From positions 29,341 through 93,340 of the IMG/VR virus record IMGVR_UViG_3300033688_000038: a stretch of DNA of 64,000 nt. One strand, written 5' to 3'. Position numbers and translations under genes: made by a program. The stretch comes from a virus. Shown here one piece after another: positions 50,606-59,365 of the stretch. The notes under the pieces are model-generated. The model was not told the DNA's origin. It was given only the letters and a program-made list of their open reading frames with translations, and made no database searches. Numbering within the stretch: the stretch's first letter is position 1; each line of letters starts with the position of its first letter.

Positions 50606-51949
50606 TTAAACCACAGAAACAGTTACAGTACCAGTTCTTGCTAACTCAACACCACTTTTATCTTGGTATGAGATGTAGTAATCACCACTATGTTGTGATG
50701 TAGCACCATGAGTAATCACAAAACCAGTAGCTCTTACAGTATCACCCTTCTCAGTCCAACGACCAGCTTCATGTCCATTCATAACTAACACTGTCATATC
50801 AGTAGCAATTATAGTGTGGGTTGCTTTGACAGCAGCAGCTGGATCTGGAATAGTTGCTTTTGTTTTTCTATCAAAGCTAATCTGACTTCCACGCTTAACA
50901 TCTACATGGAAATGTTCTTTCTTTTTAATATCCATATTAACAACAGCAGAAGTGCCAGGTTTAATATAATCAAAAGTAGCCTTCTCCCAAGCATTATCAT
51001 AAACTGGATCATCAGAACTGTCAATGTCTAGAACACCTGCTGCAAATGGATGGCGTAGACGTAGACCTACTTCCATTTCAATCATCCATTTTTCATATGA
51101 ACCATCTTTAGCAAGCTTGGTTCTTTCAGGTGGACGTAAAACCATTTGAGTCCAGTCAGAAGGATTGAAGAAGAATACATGACCTTCTGGCATCCATCGA
51201 TTAGGAATCAATTTATATTCTTGACCTAAAGGATCTACTAATGTAGAAACATAAACAGAAATCTTAGGAGTGTTGTGGAACATACGCTCTCTTGTACCAT
51301 CTGATTTCTCTTGTAGTGATGAGAATAAAGATGCATGCTTAGGATGGAACATGATGATACTAGCTTTAGAGCCAGATAAGTATAGATTATATGTTAAATC
51401 AAAAATATCATCTTCTGTAAGAGTACCAGTTGTTTTCACACTCTTGTGAACCATAGCACCAGTATCAATATCAGCAGTACCAATTGGTGAAACAAGACCT
51501 AAGAAACCAGCAGTTTCACGTGGGATTCGAGTACCCACTGTGTCTGTGTGTTCTTGTTGTGAGTTACCATTATGTAGGAATGCCCACTCAATATCACGTT
51601 TAATCTCTTTACCAGCTTTTTCCATCTGGTATTGTAATTCCTTACCCCTGCCATAGTTAGCAAGCGCGTTAGCAGTATCAGAGACCTTAACAGTTTTACG
51701 AAGAATCTGAGTTACGTTAGAACGTACTGTAGTTGAACGTAATGAAGCATCAATTGCCTCATCACCCTCTTTGACAGCATTTCTACCCGCTTTAATTAGT
51801 GAGTCATTCTGCCATTGAAACAAAGTCTGTGATACAGTTTCTTTACCAGTCATTGATGTGAAAGGTGTTTCTTCTGGTGATAAATTAGAAATCCAGTTAG
51901 CAAAACTTAGTTTTTTACCATTTAGATCATAAGATTGTAATGTTGCCAT
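50606..51949 (-). CDS. MCP paralogue 6 with C-terminal Ig-like domain, 447 aa
   Basis: Core motifs plus 'VMNG...QHSGDYYI...TVTVSV'. Confidence 0.88.
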   Translation of the reverse strand: MATLQSYDLNGKKLSFANWISNLSPEETPFTSMTGKETVSQTLFQWQNDSLIKAGRNAVKEGDEAIDASLRSTTVRSNVTQILRKTVKVSDTANALANYGRGKELQYQMEKAGKEIKRDIEWAFLHNGNSQQEHTDTVGTRIPRETAGFLGLVSPIGTADIDTGAMVHKSVKTTGTLTEDDIFDLTYNLYLSGSKASIIMFHPKHASLFSSLQEKSDGTRERMFHNTPKISVYVSTLVDPLGQEYKLIPNRWMPEGHVFFFNPSDWTQMVLRPPERTKLAKDGSYEKWMIEMEVGLRLRHPFAAGVLDIDSSDDPVYDNAWEKATFDYIKPGTSAVVNMDIKKKEHFHVDVKRGSQISFDRKTKATIPDPAAAVKATHTIIATDMTVLVMNGHEAGRWTEKGDTVRATGFVITHGATSQHSGDYYISYQDKSGVELARTGTVTVSVV

Positions 51950-51973
51950 AAATTATTTTCCTCTTGTAAAGTA

Positions 51974-51991
51974 GTGGGGATTTCTCCCCAC
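51974..51991 (-). other. Intercistronic GAAA-loop hairpin (possible leaky terminator) between MCP-5 and MCP-6
   Basis: GTGGGGA-GAAA-TCCCCAC followed by TACTTT. Confidence 0.7.
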
Positions 51992-51998
51992 ATTTGTC

Positions 51999-53330
51999 TT
52001 ACTTAACTGTGATGTTAATAACAGCTGATTTAGCTAAAGCCTTACCATCTTTATCCATATACATTAGGTAGTAATCACCATTGTGTTTTGATGCTGTGTC
52101 GTATGAATACTTGAACTCTAAATCAGAAGTACCAATACCAGTCCAACGTCCACTCTCTTTTCCATTGAAGTAGATACAAGTGATGTCAGTAGCTGCAGGT
52201 GTAGCGGTCTTAGCTGAATTTGATGGGATAGTTGATTTTGTTTTTCTCTTAAAGATAAGTTGAGTACCAGGTTTAACATCAATGTGTTGTGGGTTTACCT
52301 CTGCTTTTAAATCTAAAGTAGATACATTTGTATCTCCAGATTTAACATATTTAAGCTCCATTGTCTCCCAAGCTTTTGCACCCATATCAGGGTTATCACC
52401 ATGAGCTACGTCAAGAACACCAGCTGCGAATGGATGACGTAAACGCAATCCAACTTCTGTCTCGATCATCCACTTCTCGTAAGAACCATCTTTAGCAAGT
52501 TTAGTACGCATTGGAGCACGAAGAACCATCTGAGTCCAGTCGCTAGGGTTCAAGAAGAAGATAGAACCTTCAGGCATCCAACGGTTTGGAATCAACTTAA
52601 ACTCTTGCCCTAATGGGTCAACTAGTGTAGAAACATAAACAGAAAGCTTAGGTGTGTTCTCAAACATACGAACACGAGTAGGAGATTTCTCTTGTAGAGC
52701 ACTGAAAGCAGCAGCCCACTTAGGGTGGAACATGATAATGTTTGCACTTGAACCTGCTAGGTATAAATTGTATGTTAGGTCAAAAATATCTGACTCAGTT
52801 AATTTATTATCAGTTACTACTTTTTTATGTACAACAGCACCTGTATCTGGATCAGTGTTATCAATGTGAGCCACAAGACCTAAGAAGCCAGCAGTTTCAC
52901 GAGGTTGACGAACACCACTTTGATCTGTGTATTCAGCACGAGAGGCTTCATTATTCAAGAACGCCCATTCTAGGTCACGCTTTAGTTCAGAACCTGCCTT
53001 CTCCATTTGGTACTGAAGCTCTTTGCCTCGACCATAGTTAGCAAGAGCGTTAGCGGTATCAGATACCTTAACAGTTTTACGTAGGATTTGTGTAAGGTTA
53101 GAACGTACAGTAGTTGCTCGTAGTGAACCATCTGTAGCTTCGATACCCTCAACGATTGCGTTCTTACCAGCTTTAGATAGCGCATCATTCTGCCATTGGA
53201 ATAGTGTTTGGGTGATTGACTCTTTGCCAGTCATTGAAGTGAAAGGTGTCTCCTCAGGAGATAGATTAGAAATCCAGTTAGCAAAACTTAGTTTTTTACC
53301 ATTTAGATCATAAGATTGTAGAGTAGCCAT
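51999..53330 (-). CDS. MCP paralogue 5 with C-terminal Ig-like domain, 443 aa
   Basis: Core motifs plus 'YFNG...KHNGDYYL...INITVK'. Confidence 0.88.
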   Translation of the reverse strand: MATLQSYDLNGKKLSFANWISNLSPEETPFTSMTGKESITQTLFQWQNDALSKAGKNAIVEGIEATDGSLRATTVRSNLTQILRKTVKVSDTANALANYGRGKELQYQMEKAGSELKRDLEWAFLNNEASRAEYTDQSGVRQPRETAGFLGLVAHIDNTDPDTGAVVHKKVVTDNKLTESDIFDLTYNLYLAGSSANIIMFHPKWAAAFSALQEKSPTRVRMFENTPKLSVYVSTLVDPLGQEFKLIPNRWMPEGSIFFLNPSDWTQMVLRAPMRTKLAKDGSYEKWMIETEVGLRLRHPFAAGVLDVAHGDNPDMGAKAWETMELKYVKSGDTNVSTLDLKAEVNPQHIDVKPGTQLIFKRKTKSTIPSNSAKTATPAATDITCIYFNGKESGRWTGIGTSDLEFKYSYDTASKHNGDYYLMYMDKDGKALAKSAVINITVK

Positions 53331-53345
53331 GTTTTATATCTCCTA

Positions 53346-54728
53346 TTAACCTTTCATATGAAAGTATACAGATTTTGATTGTTTTTTATATGTTGGATTC
53401 GCTGAATCAGTTAAGATTAACAAATAGTTTCCAACATTCTTTGATGAAGCCACACTTGTGATGACAAACTCAGTATCCTTGTCACTAGTGATTGTTTCTC
53501 TTGCTAAGTAGACTCCATCCTTATAAAGGGAGACCACATTCCAAGTTGCAGACTCAGCAGTGTCAGCTTTACCTGATGGAGCTGGTGGATCTGGTTTTGG
53601 TGGTGGTGGTGGATCTTCCTTTTTATACTTCTTAATTTTGAAAGATAACTTATCTCCAGTAACATAAGGAACATCAATACCATATTCTCCAAGACCACCA
53701 AGCATATCAATCTCAGTGGAATCTGTTAAAGATCTACCCTCGATGATTAAAGATGTTACATCAACATCCTTTTTGATATGAACATTATCAGTGGTATCTA
53801 GGATACCTGCAGCAAAAGGGTTTGATAATCTTAAACCAAGCTCAGCTTCGATCATCCATTTTTCATATGAACCATCTTTAGCAAGCTTAACGCGAGATGG
53901 TGGTCTTAATAACATTTGTGTGAAATCACTAGCCTTGAAGAAGAAAATCTTCTCTTCTGGCATCCAACGATTAACAACCAATTTATGTGTTGCACCAAAC
54001 ATATCAACTAATGTAGAAACATATACTGATAATTTAGGTGTATTCTCAAAGATTCTTCTTCGTGAAGCTTCTTCAGGTTTCCCACCATCAGCTGGTCTTT
54101 CTTGTAGTGCTGAGAAATATGATGCCCATTTAGGGTGGAACATAATAATATCTGTCTCAGAACCAGCAATGTAAAGATTATGAATAATATTGAAAATATC
54201 CATATCCTCAAAAACGCCATCAGCTTTACCAGTACTTTGATGTACAATGGCTCCAGTTTCAAAATCAACAGCACCAAGAGGTGCCACCAACCCAGCAAAA
54301 CCAGCAGACATCCTTCCATGCTCATCTGTTTCATCAGATGCTAGTTCATTGTTCAAAAGAGCCCATTCGATATCCCGTTTAAGTTCTTCTGCTGCATTCT
54401 CTAGCTGGTATTTAACTTCCTCTGTTCTACCATAGTTTTCAGTAGCATTAGCAGTATCAGAGATACTAATAACCTTACGGAGGATTTGAGTCATGTTAGA
54501 TTTAGTATCAGTGTGACCAACATTACCAGACACAGCATCATCACCTTCAGAGTTAACATTACGACCTGCTACTGCAAGGTTATCAGTCTGCCACTGAAAG
54601 ATAGTTTGATTTGTAGCCTCTTTTCCAGTCATAGATGAAAAAGGTGTATCTATTGGAGCTATTGTTGAGATCCAATTGGCAAAACTTAACTTCTTGCCAT
54701 TCAGATCATAAGATTGTAAAGTAGACAT
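53346..54728 (-). CDS. MCP paralogue 4 with C-terminal Ig-like domain and Pro-rich loop, 460 aa
   Basis: Core motifs plus 'DPPPPPKPDPPAP', 'LYKDG' and 'NVGNYLL'. Confidence 0.88.
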   Translation of the reverse strand: MSTLQSYDLNGKKLSFANWISTIAPIDTPFSSMTGKEATNQTIFQWQTDNLAVAGRNVNSEGDDAVSGNVGHTDTKSNMTQILRKVISISDTANATENYGRTEEVKYQLENAAEELKRDIEWALLNNELASDETDEHGRMSAGFAGLVAPLGAVDFETGAIVHQSTGKADGVFEDMDIFNIIHNLYIAGSETDIIMFHPKWASYFSALQERPADGGKPEEASRRRIFENTPKLSVYVSTLVDMFGATHKLVVNRWMPEEKIFFFKASDFTQMLLRPPSRVKLAKDGSYEKWMIEAELGLRLSNPFAAGILDTTDNVHIKKDVDVTSLIIEGRSLTDSTEIDMLGGLGEYGIDVPYVTGDKLSFKIKKYKKEDPPPPPKPDPPAPSGKADTAESATWNVVSLYKDGVYLARETITSDKDTEFVITSVASSKNVGNYLLILTDSANPTYKKQSKSVYFHMKG

Positions 54729-54736
54729 ACTTTCTC

Positions 54737-56164
54737 CTATGATTTATATCTTAAGTGCATACCATCTGTTAGTTCAACTAACGCACCATCTGCACTAGAA
54801 CCTACAAGAACATAAGTACCTGCATCAGAAGGAGAAGCCTTCTCAGAAATAATAAATTCCTCAGAGGCAGCACCATCAACAGATGTTAATTTATGGTTCA
54901 TAATAATCTGACCATCTTTGATAAGTTTAAAAGAAGCCACTACTATGTTAGCAGGAAGTTCAGAATTCTTCTTAGATTGAACTTTTAGTTTAAGAGGTTT
55001 ACCAGGGATTAAATTAAACTCAGAATCCTTATTAAAATCACCACTATGTAGCACACTCTGAGAAATCTTTTTAACTTTAAAGATTGGCTTCTGTGCAGGG
55101 GTAAGGGGTTTAGATTTAATAGCATCATCAGAGCCAATCCAAAGCACACCAGAGCCATAAGGGTTTGCGTGTTGTAATCCAACCTCTGCTTCAATCATCC
55201 ACTTCTCTGAAGAACCTTTCTTAGATAGTTGAGTTCGTTTAGGTTGACGAAGAACCCTTTGTGTCCAATCTTTAGGATCAAAGAAGTAAATAAGATGAGT
55301 GGGCATCCAACGATTAGGGATCAACATGTAAGTTTGACCTAATGGGTCTGTTACTTCATTCACAAAAAGAGAAACCTTATCTGTGTTCTCAAAAAGTCTT
55401 GTTCTTTTACTAAGTGTAGGAGTCTCTGGAGCACCACCAGAATATATAACATTTGGTGATTCTTGTAGAGAACTAAAAAACTTAGCTTGACTTGGATGAT
55501 ACATAATAGTGTTAGCATCAGAACCTGACAAATATAAATTATAAGTCATTGTCCAGAGTTTACTTTCTGTAAGTTCCTCACTTACCCAAATATCTGGGCT
55601 AAAATTAGGTGAGTGATCTGCCATAGTAGTATCTCTTGTAAAGAAGTTCACAACAGCACCAGTTTCAGGGCAAGGTGTATTAGCAGGGGCTACCAAAGGA
55701 TAGAACCCAGCTGTTAATCTAACACCCTCTTCCACAGGAGCACCAGCAGAATCAAGAGATGATTCATCATGAGAGCCTGCTTTATTATTCAGGAATGCCC
55801 ATTCAATATCACGCATTAACTCTGTACCAGCTTTAGTCATTTGATACTCAAGTTCTTTACCTCTACCATAATTAGATAGGGAGTTAGATGTATCAGAAAC
55901 CTTAATCACTTTACGAAGGATTTGAGTTACATTACTCTGATCAAGTGTAACGTAAGCATCATCCTCAACAGCAGATGAACCCTCTAGTACAGCATTATCT
56001 TCTACTCTATCTAGATTATCAGTTTGCCACTGAAAGGTGATTTGATCTGTTGGTACTTTTTTAGTCATTGAAGTAAAAGGAGTCTCCTCTGGGGAGATAT
56101 TACTAATCCAATTAGCAAATGATAACTCTTTGCCGTTCAGATCATAAGAATGAATTGTAGCCAT
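54737..56164 (-). CDS. MCP paralogue 3 (most divergent core) with Ig-like domain, 475 aa
   Basis: Variant motifs 'IHSYDLNGKELSF' and 'LSKKGSSEKWMIEAEVGLQHANPYG'; three loop insertions; 'IKDG...SDAGTYVL'. Confidence 0.85.
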   Translation of the reverse strand: MATIHSYDLNGKELSFANWISNISPEETPFTSMTKKVPTDQITFQWQTDNLDRVEDNAVLEGSSAVEDDAYVTLDQSNVTQILRKVIKVSDTSNSLSNYGRGKELEYQMTKAGTELMRDIEWAFLNNKAGSHDESSLDSAGAPVEEGVRLTAGFYPLVAPANTPCPETGAVVNFFTRDTTMADHSPNFSPDIWVSEELTESKLWTMTYNLYLSGSDANTIMYHPSQAKFFSSLQESPNVIYSGGAPETPTLSKRTRLFENTDKVSLFVNEVTDPLGQTYMLIPNRWMPTHLIYFFDPKDWTQRVLRQPKRTQLSKKGSSEKWMIEAEVGLQHANPYGSGVLWIGSDDAIKSKPLTPAQKPIFKVKKISQSVLHSGDFNKDSEFNLIPGKPLKLKVQSKKNSELPANIVVASFKLIKDGQIIMNHKLTSVDGAASEEFIISEKASPSDAGTYVLVGSSADGALVELTDGMHLRYKS

Positions 56165-56166
56165 TA

Positions 56167-57576
56167 TTACTCCTTAGCTTTCTTTGCTCGTGGTTTACGT
56201 TGAGGTTTTACTTCAACAACTTCAGTTTGGATTTCATCAGCCTTTGTATAAGGTTGAGCATCAACTTTAAGTCCATAAGATTCTGTCTGTTCTACATACT
56301 TGTAGTTAGTTCCAACGGCAGTCTTCTTCAAACCAATAGCATAATAAATACCAGCATCTTTTGTATCAACAGATTCTGAGATTACATGAGTGAATGTATC
56401 ACCTGCTGTTGTAGATACAGGTAATTTAGATGCGTACAAAATATCATCTTTATATAAGTCAATATAATCCACTTTTGCAACTGGTGCTTTTAATGTAATG
56501 ACAAACTTAGAACCAGCTGTTAGTTTACCAGTGTTCTCTGTATAAGAAGCTGGTTCAATCTCATCAGTCCCAGCACTACCTGTTTTATATACTACATCGG
56601 TAATATTTGCAACAATAGGTGCAGCAGGTTTTATCATTAATAGACCTGAAGAGTAAGGATTAACATGTCGTAAACCAACCTCCATTTCTACCATCCACTT
56701 CTCGTAAGAACCATCTTTAGCAAGTTGTGTTCTCTGTGGTTCTCTTAATAAAACTTGAGACCAGTTATCAGGATTAAAGATATAAACAGCATCATCTGGC
56801 ATCCAACGATTGGGGATTAGCTTAAACTCTTGTCCCAGTTGATCTACTAATGTAGAAACATATACTGATAGTTTAGGTGTGTTATTAAACATACGTTGTC
56901 TATTTGTAACTGGGTTTCCATCTAAACCTTTATACGTACCTTGACTCTCTTGTAAAGAACTAAAGAATGATGCCCATTTAGGATGGTACATAATAGTATC
57001 AGCCTCAGAGCCTGCTGTATATAAAGAGAATAGTAAATGGAAGATATCTAACTCACTAATTGAATTAGGATTAGCAGTCTCCATAGTCGTAATAGCACCT
57101 GTCTCAGGACAAGGCATATTCAGTGGAGCAACTAATCCGCGATAACCAGCAGTCTTTCGAGGGGTTGTTCCATCAACATCTTGCTCAGCACTCTTATTAG
57201 TTAATAGCGCATACTCAAGGTCACGTTTAATCTCTTTACCAGCTTTCTCAAGTTGATATTTAACCTCTTTATCTCTACCGTAGGTATCTAGAGCATTTGC
57301 AGTATCAGAGATCTTAACTACTTTACGTAAGATTTGAACTGTGTTACTTTTTGTACTAGTTGATCGTAGTGGGACAGATTGAGCTCTATCACCTTCACCA
57401 TGAACATTACGACCAGCCTGTTGCAATGAATCGGTTTGCCATTGGAAAACTACCTGGTTTGTTTTATCCTTTCTTGTCATTGAAGAGAAAGGACAATCCA
57501 TTGGAGATAGGTTACTAATCCAATTAGCAAATGATAATTTCTTACCATTTAAATCATAAGATCTTAAAACAGACAT
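56167..57576 (-). CDS. MCP paralogue 2 with Ig-like domain and basic tail, 469 aa
   Basis: Core motifs plus 'LYKDD...KDAGIYYA' and tail 'VVEVKPQRKPRAKKAKE'. Confidence 0.88.
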   Translation of the reverse strand: MSVLRSYDLNGKKLSFANWISNLSPMDCPFSSMTRKDKTNQVVFQWQTDSLQQAGRNVHGEGDRAQSVPLRSTSTKSNTVQILRKVVKISDTANALDTYGRDKEVKYQLEKAGKEIKRDLEYALLTNKSAEQDVDGTTPRKTAGYRGLVAPLNMPCPETGAITTMETANPNSISELDIFHLLFSLYTAGSEADTIMYHPKWASFFSSLQESQGTYKGLDGNPVTNRQRMFNNTPKLSVYVSTLVDQLGQEFKLIPNRWMPDDAVYIFNPDNWSQVLLREPQRTQLAKDGSYEKWMVEMEVGLRHVNPYSSGLLMIKPAAPIVANITDVVYKTGSAGTDEIEPASYTENTGKLTAGSKFVITLKAPVAKVDYIDLYKDDILYASKLPVSTTAGDTFTHVISESVDTKDAGIYYAIGLKKTAVGTNYKYVEQTESYGLKVDAQPYTKADEIQTEVVEVKPQRKPRAKKAKE

Positions 57577-57585
57577 AACTTCCCC

Positions 57586-58902
57586 TTACAAATCGATAGC
57601 GACAGTTCCACCAATATTTAGTGTGATACCTGGAGTGACATCTTTATTAACAGAAGTAATAGCAGATACGGAGTATAATCCAGCATGTTCAGCAGTAGCT
57701 ACATCTGTAATCTTAATCTCAAGAGCTGCATCTTTACCACCTGCAATATACTCTTGTGTAATTAAAGGTACACCATTTTTATTAATAACAATTGTCACAG
57801 GCTTACCAGCAGTAGCATCTGCTTTAAGTTTCAACTTAACGATTAGTGGTTTACCAGGTTTATGAGTAGCAATACCATCTCCAGCTTTACCAAAAATAAG
57901 TGACTTAGCAGTATCACCTGTAACATCTTCAACAGTATGTAAAGTTGGGCTATCATCCACTGCAGTACCTACACCATTAAAGATTTTGTAGAAATCAGCA
58001 CCTTTCTTAGTTGTAAGAACACCTGCTGCGAATGGATGGCGTAGACGTAAACCTACTTCCATTTCAATCATCCACTTCTCATATGAACCATCTTTAGCAA
58101 GTTGTACACGAGTTGGTTCACGAAGTACCATTTGTGTAAAATCTTCTGGACGGTAGAAGAATACCTTATCAGTTGGCATCCAACGATTTGGTAGTAATTT
58201 ATATTCTTGACCTAAAGGATCAACCAACGTCGATACATGTAGGTTAACTTTATCTGTATCTTCAAACATACGAATACGAGTTGCTGATTCTTGTAACATA
58301 CTAAAACGATAAGCCCAGTTAGGGTGATACATGATAATATTAGCTTTAGAACCACTTAAGTATAACTGGTAAGTCATATCAAAAAGTTCAGCTTCTGTGA
58401 ATTCTCCACCTGCTAGTTCTTTATAAACAACAGCACCTGTCTCAGGGCAACTAGAGTTTAGTGGAGCAACAAGTCCTGAAAAGCCAGCAGTCTCACGTGG
58501 GTCTGTAACTTTAGCAGTGCTTTGATTCAAGAATGTCCACTCTAAATCACGCTTAATCTCTTTACCTGCTTTTTCCATCTGATAAGCTAATTCCTTACCA
58601 CGACCATAGTTGTCGGTAGCATTTGCAGTGTCTGATACTTTAACTACTTTACGTAAGATTTGAGTTACGTTAGTACGAACAGTTGTAGTATTCATTACAC
58701 CTTCAGTAGCCTTTGTACCTTCTAATGCTGCATTCTTTTTAGCCTTAGTCAGTGAGTCGTTTTGCCATTGGAATAAGCACTGCTCAACAGATTCTTTTGC
58801 TGTCATTGAGACAAACGGACAATCTTGAGGAGAGATAGTACTAATCCAATTAGCAAATGATAACTTCTTACCATTAAGTTCATAAGATTTTAATGTAGCC
58901 AT
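57586..58902 (-). CDS. MCP paralogue 1 with Ig-like domain, 438 aa (start MATLKSY)
   Basis: AAGGAAG SD before 58902; the start aligns with the other seven copies; 'NKNG...EHAGLYSV'. Confidence 0.88.
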   Translation of the reverse strand: MATLKSYELNGKKLSFANWISTISPQDCPFVSMTAKESVEQCLFQWQNDSLTKAKKNAALEGTKATEGVMNTTTVRTNVTQILRKVVKVSDTANATDNYGRGKELAYQMEKAGKEIKRDLEWTFLNQSTAKVTDPRETAGFSGLVAPLNSSCPETGAVVYKELAGGEFTEAELFDMTYQLYLSGSKANIIMYHPNWAYRFSMLQESATRIRMFEDTDKVNLHVSTLVDPLGQEYKLLPNRWMPTDKVFFYRPEDFTQMVLREPTRVQLAKDGSYEKWMIEMEVGLRLRHPFAAGVLTTKKGADFYKIFNGVGTAVDDSPTLHTVEDVTGDTAKSLIFGKAGDGIATHKPGKPLIVKLKLKADATAGKPVTIVINKNGVPLITQEYIAGGKDAALEIKITDVATAEHAGLYSVSAITSVNKDVTPGITLNIGGTVAIDL

Positions 58903-59241
58903 ATAATATGTCTTCCTTGTATTATGCCAATCACGAAGATTGGTAATCGACAATAATCTTAATAAATTGGACTACAATGGAAGGCCAAACTTAATAATTA
59001 TTGACTTGATCTGTATAGATAAAAATAAATCTAGTATACAGGTAATGTTGTTATAAGTTTTATATAGTAGGGGTTTGTAACTAATGAGGTTTTATTCGAT
59101 GATATTTGAATTCTAATCTATACGTGAGTGTATAGTATTAGATAATATAATAGAACAGACTGATACAAATACAACTGTATAGAATGAACATTATCTTTTT
59201 AAAGTTTAGAGATTGCTTACAGGGAGTAAGGTTCTCGAATA

Positions 59242-59317
59242 AAGGACTACTGGCGTAGCCCTTGTTCAGGTTTGTTGCGTGGGGCATCTTCGGGAGTTTA
59301 TAATGCCCTGCCCCACG
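59242..59317 (-). ncRNA. Candidate structured RNA element between the scaffold gene and the MCP array
   Basis: GC-rich island with a perfect 9-bp CGTGGGGCA/TGCCCCACG stem and an AAGGGCTAC-gcca-GTAGTCCTT hairpin. Confidence 0.35.
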
Positions 59318-59365
59318 TCTTATATTTCTTTTAAGTTGCACTCAAGGTAGCAATCACCTTATTTA

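Noticed and set aside
48414-58902. MCP array as a diversity-generating retroelement or an invertible shufflon
   Set aside because: No reverse transcriptase, no adenine-specific template/variable repeat pair, no recombinase and no inverted crossover sites in the window; all copies are full-length, same-strand genes with their own SDs.
59119-59136. GTGAG directly abutting TGTATA on the + strand, inside a hairpin
   Set aside because: Both promoter boxes are present but with no spacer, so this is not a functional promoter; a sigma-decoy role is conceivable but unsupported.
59138-59341. 67-aa - strand ORF in the scaffold-MCP gap
   Set aside because: No convincing SD, no recognisable motif, and it runs through the hairpins; an RNA structure explains the region better, although a leader peptide cannot be excluded.
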